NCBI GenBank assembly: GCA_965215005.1
Contig: CBDCCZ010000014.1
Coordinates: 32,001 to 96,000, forward strand
From: Kofleriaceae bacterium
GTDB taxonomy: Bacteria > Myxococcota_A > Polyangia > Haliangiales > Haliangiaceae
Direction: 5' to 3'
Length of the DNA stretch: 64,000 bases
Shown piece by piece: positions 60,600-64,000 of the stretch. How positions within the stretch are numbered: the stretch's first letter is position 1; every line of letters begins with the position of its first letter. Under the pieces are notes generated by a model that did not search any database, had not been told where the DNA came from, and saw only the letters and a list, made by a program, of their open reading frames with translations. Both the position numbers and the translations under genes were made by a program.

Positions 60600-61886
60600 T
60601 CACTCGAGACCGCGGCGGCGCAGATCGTCTTCATCGAGCCCGGTCAGATGTCCGAGCTCGTGGGCCAAGGTGCGCCGAATCTGGGTGTCGAGCTCGGCGC
60701 GGGTGCGGACGGCACGTGCCAGGTTTTTTCGGTACAGGACGATCGTGCGCGGGAGAGCGGCCGCGCGCCGCGCCGATGCCCCCAATGGCAATCCCCGATA
60801 CAGGCCCAAGATGGTGGGCGCAAGCGGCGGATCGACAGCCAGGAGATCTTCCAGAGCAGGAACGTCGGCCAACTCGATACGAACCTGCTTGACCAGTGTA
60901 GCCAACTCGGGCTCGAGCTCCGCCACGGCGGCGTCGACCTCGGCGGCGAACTCCTCAGGCCGCAGCGTCACCGGCTCCCAAAACTCCTCTGGGCTCTCCT
61001 GCCGGGCACGGGCGAAGTGCACCGCAGCGTCGCTGTCCCGCCCCATGCGCTCATAGATCAACCCGAGCTGGTGATGAGCGTATGCATCGCTGGGGGCGCT
61101 TCCAAGAACGCCAGCGAATGCCACCAACGCCTCATCGAAGCGGCATAAGTGGAACAAGGCGACGCCGCGCTCGTGCTGCGCAGCAATCGCCTCAGGAGCT
61201 AGCTCCAGCGCTGCATCAACCTGATCGAGAGCTTCGTCGGGACGCCCGAGATCGTTGTATGCCTGCGCCTCGAGCAGCAGCAGCCGGGCGCGATTTGAGC
61301 GATTGGCGCGCCGCCGAGTGGCGGCGTGAGCGCGGCCGCGGCGGGCCAGCTCGAGGCCCACCATGGTGGTGTCGCGCTGCTTGGGCGGCAGGACGTTGAT
61401 GTAGAAGTCCGCCGCCGCCGCCAAGGTCTCCGGGTCATTGGGATCGAGCGCCAACGCCATGGTGAACGCGATCTGCGCAGCGTCGTAGCTGCCTCGCGCC
61501 GCTAAGGTGGCCGCGCGATAATGATGCGCCTCCACCGACTGCGGCCACAGATCTGCCGCCACGTCGGCGCACGCATACGCCGCGGCGAAGTTGCCTTCGT
61601 CGAACCGCGCCACCGTCTCGTCGAGCAAGGAGTCGACATCGCGTAGCGCCTCGCCGGTGAGCGAGCATGCTTCAAACGACGGCCGATGAGGATGGCTATC
61701 ATGCTCGTGACGCTCCAGGGGCCGCATCACCGCCGCTGCTTGCGGCCCTTCATTGCAAGGGCACAGAGAGCTCACACCGGCATCTTCCGGCGGTGCCGCT
61801 GGCGCCGATTGCCCCTTCGACTTGCAAGCGCCAACCGTCGCGACGAACGCGAGCGCCAACATCATATGGAACCGCAGGCGGCGCAC
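60600..61886 (-). CDS. Lipoprotein with TPR repeats and C-terminal minimal zincin (Zincin_1) metallopeptidase domain
   Basis: Lipobox VGAC, TPR repeats, ILGLYRG.P..I.LYR.N..TLAHELGHLTG HExxH. Confidence 0.87.
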   Translation of the reverse strand: MRRLRFHMMLALAFVATVGACKSKGQSAPAAPPEDAGVSSLCPCNEGPQAAAVMRPLERHEHDSHPHRPSFEACSLTGEALRDVDSLLDETVARFDEGNFAAAYACADVAADLWPQSVEAHHYRAATLAARGSYDAAQIAFTMALALDPNDPETLAAAADFYINVLPPKQRDTTMVGLELARRGRAHAATRRRANRSNRARLLLLEAQAYNDLGRPDEALDQVDAALELAPEAIAAQHERGVALFHLCRFDEALVAFAGVLGSAPSDAYAHHQLGLIYERMGRDSDAAVHFARARQESPEEFWEPVTLRPEEFAAEVDAAVAELEPELATLVKQVRIELADVPALEDLLAVDPPLAPTILGLYRGLPLGASARRAAALPRTIVLYRKNLARAVRTRAELDTQIRRTLAHELGHLTGLDEDDLRRRGLE

Positions 61887-61956
61887 CCGTGCCAGTGTAG
61901 CGCGAACCTTTCGCATTCATACCCGCCGCCGCACAACCGCCGCCGCGCGTCGCACC

Positions 61957-64000
61957 TCAGTGCGCCTCAGCCCACGTCTCTCCGCTGCCAACGTCCACCA
62001 CCAGCGGCACCGCGAGCTCGAGGGCCGCCGCCATTTCGGCCTGCATGACCCGTCCGAGCTCCTCTGCCTGCGAGCGCTCTACCTCGAACACGAGCTCATC
62101 GTGGACGGTGAGCAGAATCTTGGCGTCGAGGTCGCCGCGCTCGAGCCGCCGGCTCGCCTTCAGCATCGCCAGCTTCATGATATCGGCCGCGCTGCCCTGC
62201 ATCGGCGTGTTCTGCGCGATGCGCTCGGCGGCGCGGCGGCGGCCATAGTTTTTGGCCGCTAGCTCGGGAATCGGCCGCTTGCGACCCAGCATCGTGGTCG
62301 CCACGCCATCCGCACGGGCACGCTCAACCAGCTCATCCATGAACGAACGCACGGTGACGAACCGCTCGAAGTAGCGGTCGATGTAGTGCTGCGCCTCGGA
62401 GCGCGGGATATCGAGGGCTCGAGCCAACCCAAACGGCGACTGCCCGTAAATCAACCCGTAGTTGACCGCCTTGGCGACGCGCCGCTCGGCCCCTCCAACC
62501 TCCTCCAGAGAAATCCCGAAGACCTCGGCCGCCGTCTGGGTATGCACGTCGACGCCGCGGCGAAACGCCGACGTCAGCACCGGATCTCCTGACAAGTGCG
62601 CCATGATGCGCAGCTCGATCTGCGAGTAGTCCAAGCTCACCAGCAGCCGGCCCTCAGCGGCGACGAACGCGCGGCGAATCTTGCGTCCCAGCTCGGTGCG
62701 AATGGGAATGTTCTGCAGGTTGGGATCCTGCGACGACAGGCGCCCCGTCGCCGCCACCGCCTGAGCGAACGTGGTGTGCAGCCGCCCCGTCCGCGGGTTG
62801 ACCAGCGGCGGCAACGCATCGATATAGGTGCCCTTGAGCTTGATTAGCTCGCGATGCTCGAGGATGGGCCGCACCACCTCGTGGTGCGAGGCCAAGCTCT
62901 CCAGCACCTCGTGGTCGGTGGAGTAGCCGGTCTTGGTCTTCTTCATCTTTTCGCTGGTGAGGCCGAGCTTATCGAACAGCAGCACGGCGAGCTGCTTCGG
63001 CGATCCCAGGTTGAGGGGCTCGCCGGCGAGCTCGAAGACGCGACTCTCGATGGCAGCAATCTCGCTGCCGAGCTGATCGGCGAGCCCGCGAAGATAGTCG
63101 ACGTCGATAGTGATGCCAGTGCGTTCGATGTCCGAGAGCACGACCGCCAGCGGCACCTCGAGCTCATCGTGCAGGTGCCGCACCTGGGCTCGCCCCATGC
63201 GCGCGGTGAGCTCGGCGTCGGCGCGGAGCACCGCGATGGCCGCCATGCCCGCATACTCGGCAGCACGCTCCACGGGCACCGCTTCAAAACCGATGGCGTT
63301 CTTGCCCTTGCCAAGCAGCTCGGCGCGCTTGGGCAGCGTGAGCCCGGTGGCGCTGGCCATTACCCGCTCGAAGGCGTAGGCATCGCGATTGGCATCGATG
63401 AGATATGTCTCGAGCATCGTGTCCCCCACCACCCCGCAAAGCTCGAGACCGGCATCTAGAAGCGCTTTCCGCGCAGTCTTGGCATCGTGCACGACTTTGG
63501 CGACGCTGGGATCGGCGAGCAGCAGCGCGAACGCCGCGGGCAGCGCCGACAGCTCGAGCTGCGCCGGCGCGCTGAGATACCGATGGCCGAGAGGCACGTA
63601 AACCGGCGGCTCATCGGCAAAGGCGAGCGCGATCCCGACGACGCGGGCGCGATCGTGACGACCGCCGTCGGTCTCGACCTGCAGCGCGACCCGCTTGGCC
63701 TGCCGAGCCGCGACCACGACTGCTTCGAGCTCGCTTGCATCGAGCACTACCCGAGCCGCCGGCACCTCGATGGCCGCGGGCGCGCGCACCTCTTGGGCGT
63801 CCTGACTCGGTGCCGCGGCGCCAGGATCGAGCCGCGCCAACAGCGCGTGGAACTCGAGCTCGTGAAACAACTTGGTGAGGCGCTCGCCGTCCCACGGCGT
63901 TGGCACCAGGGACTCCAACGTACACGGCAGCTCGACGTCGTCCCGGAGCTGCACGAGCTGCCTCGAGAGCTCGAGCTGCGCGCGCTGCTCGCTATCGCTG
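61957..64000 (-). CDS. polA: DNA polymerase I (5' part outside window)
   Basis: SPKQL, GYSTD, TGRLSSQDPNLQNIP, DYSQIELR, R..AKAVNYGLIYG, NTPMQGSAADI, TVHDELVFE. Confidence 0.98.
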   Translation of the reverse strand, partial: SDSEQRAQLELSRQLVQLRDDVELPCTLESLVPTPWDGERLTKLFHELEFHALLARLDPGAAAPSQDAQEVRAPAAIEVPAARVVLDASELEAVVVAARQAKRVALQVETDGGRHDRARVVGIALAFADEPPVYVPLGHRYLSAPAQLELSALPAAFALLLADPSVAKVVHDAKTARKALLDAGLELCGVVGDTMLETYLIDANRDAYAFERVMASATGLTLPKRAELLGKGKNAIGFEAVPVERAAEYAGMAAIAVLRADAELTARMGRAQVRHLHDELEVPLAVVLSDIERTGITIDVDYLRGLADQLGSEIAAIESRVFELAGEPLNLGSPKQLAVLLFDKLGLTSEKMKKTKTGYSTDHEVLESLASHHEVVRPILEHRELIKLKGTYIDALPPLVNPRTGRLHTTFAQAVAATGRLSSQDPNLQNIPIRTELGRKIRRAFVAAEGRLLVSLDYSQIELRIMAHLSGDPVLTSAFRRGVDVHTQTAAEVFGISLEEVGGAERRVAKAVNYGLIYGQSPFGLARALDIPRSEAQHYIDRYFERFVTVRSFMDELVERARADGVATTMLGRKRPIPELAAKNYGRRRAAERIAQNTPMQGSAADIMKLAMLKASRRLERGDLDAKILLTVHDELVFEVERSQAEELGRVMQAEMAAALELAVPLVVDVGSGETWAEAH

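Overview
GC-rich bacterial chromosome segment. The gene content (PilZ proteins, Ser/Thr kinase, sigma-54 two-component system, many lipoproteins) suggests a myxobacterium (Myxococcota); this is an inference. No rRNA, tRNA or CRISPR array was seen. Housekeeping genes are tmk, yicC-gmk-rel and a partial polA. Signalling genes include two PilZ proteins, a probable pseudokinase, an SBP-HK-sigma54 RR module and a GAF-GAF histidine kinase. There is also a GH13 amylase, a maltodextrin-type ABC transporter whose first permease is broken by four clustered +1 frameshifts, a TetR-controlled 'CoA-activase'/2-hydroxyacyl-CoA-dehydratase-like Fe-S operon with two perfect palindromic operators, and a GldA/F/G-DUF4340 ABC module. 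Best leads: (1) an 8-kb block of five alternately oriented membrane-enzyme genes (TMTC-like, Aur1/IPC-synthase-like, ArnT/PMT-like and two DUF2723/TMEM260-like) suggesting an undescribed glycolipid or protein glycosylation system; (2) a 54-aa Lys/Arg-rich protein missed by the ORF track, with its own sigma-70 promoter and RBS, directly behind rel; (3) a putative dispersed sigma-54 sugar regulon sharing a GTTGC-N5-GCAAC-like enhancer; (4) a recurring leaderless-gene signature.
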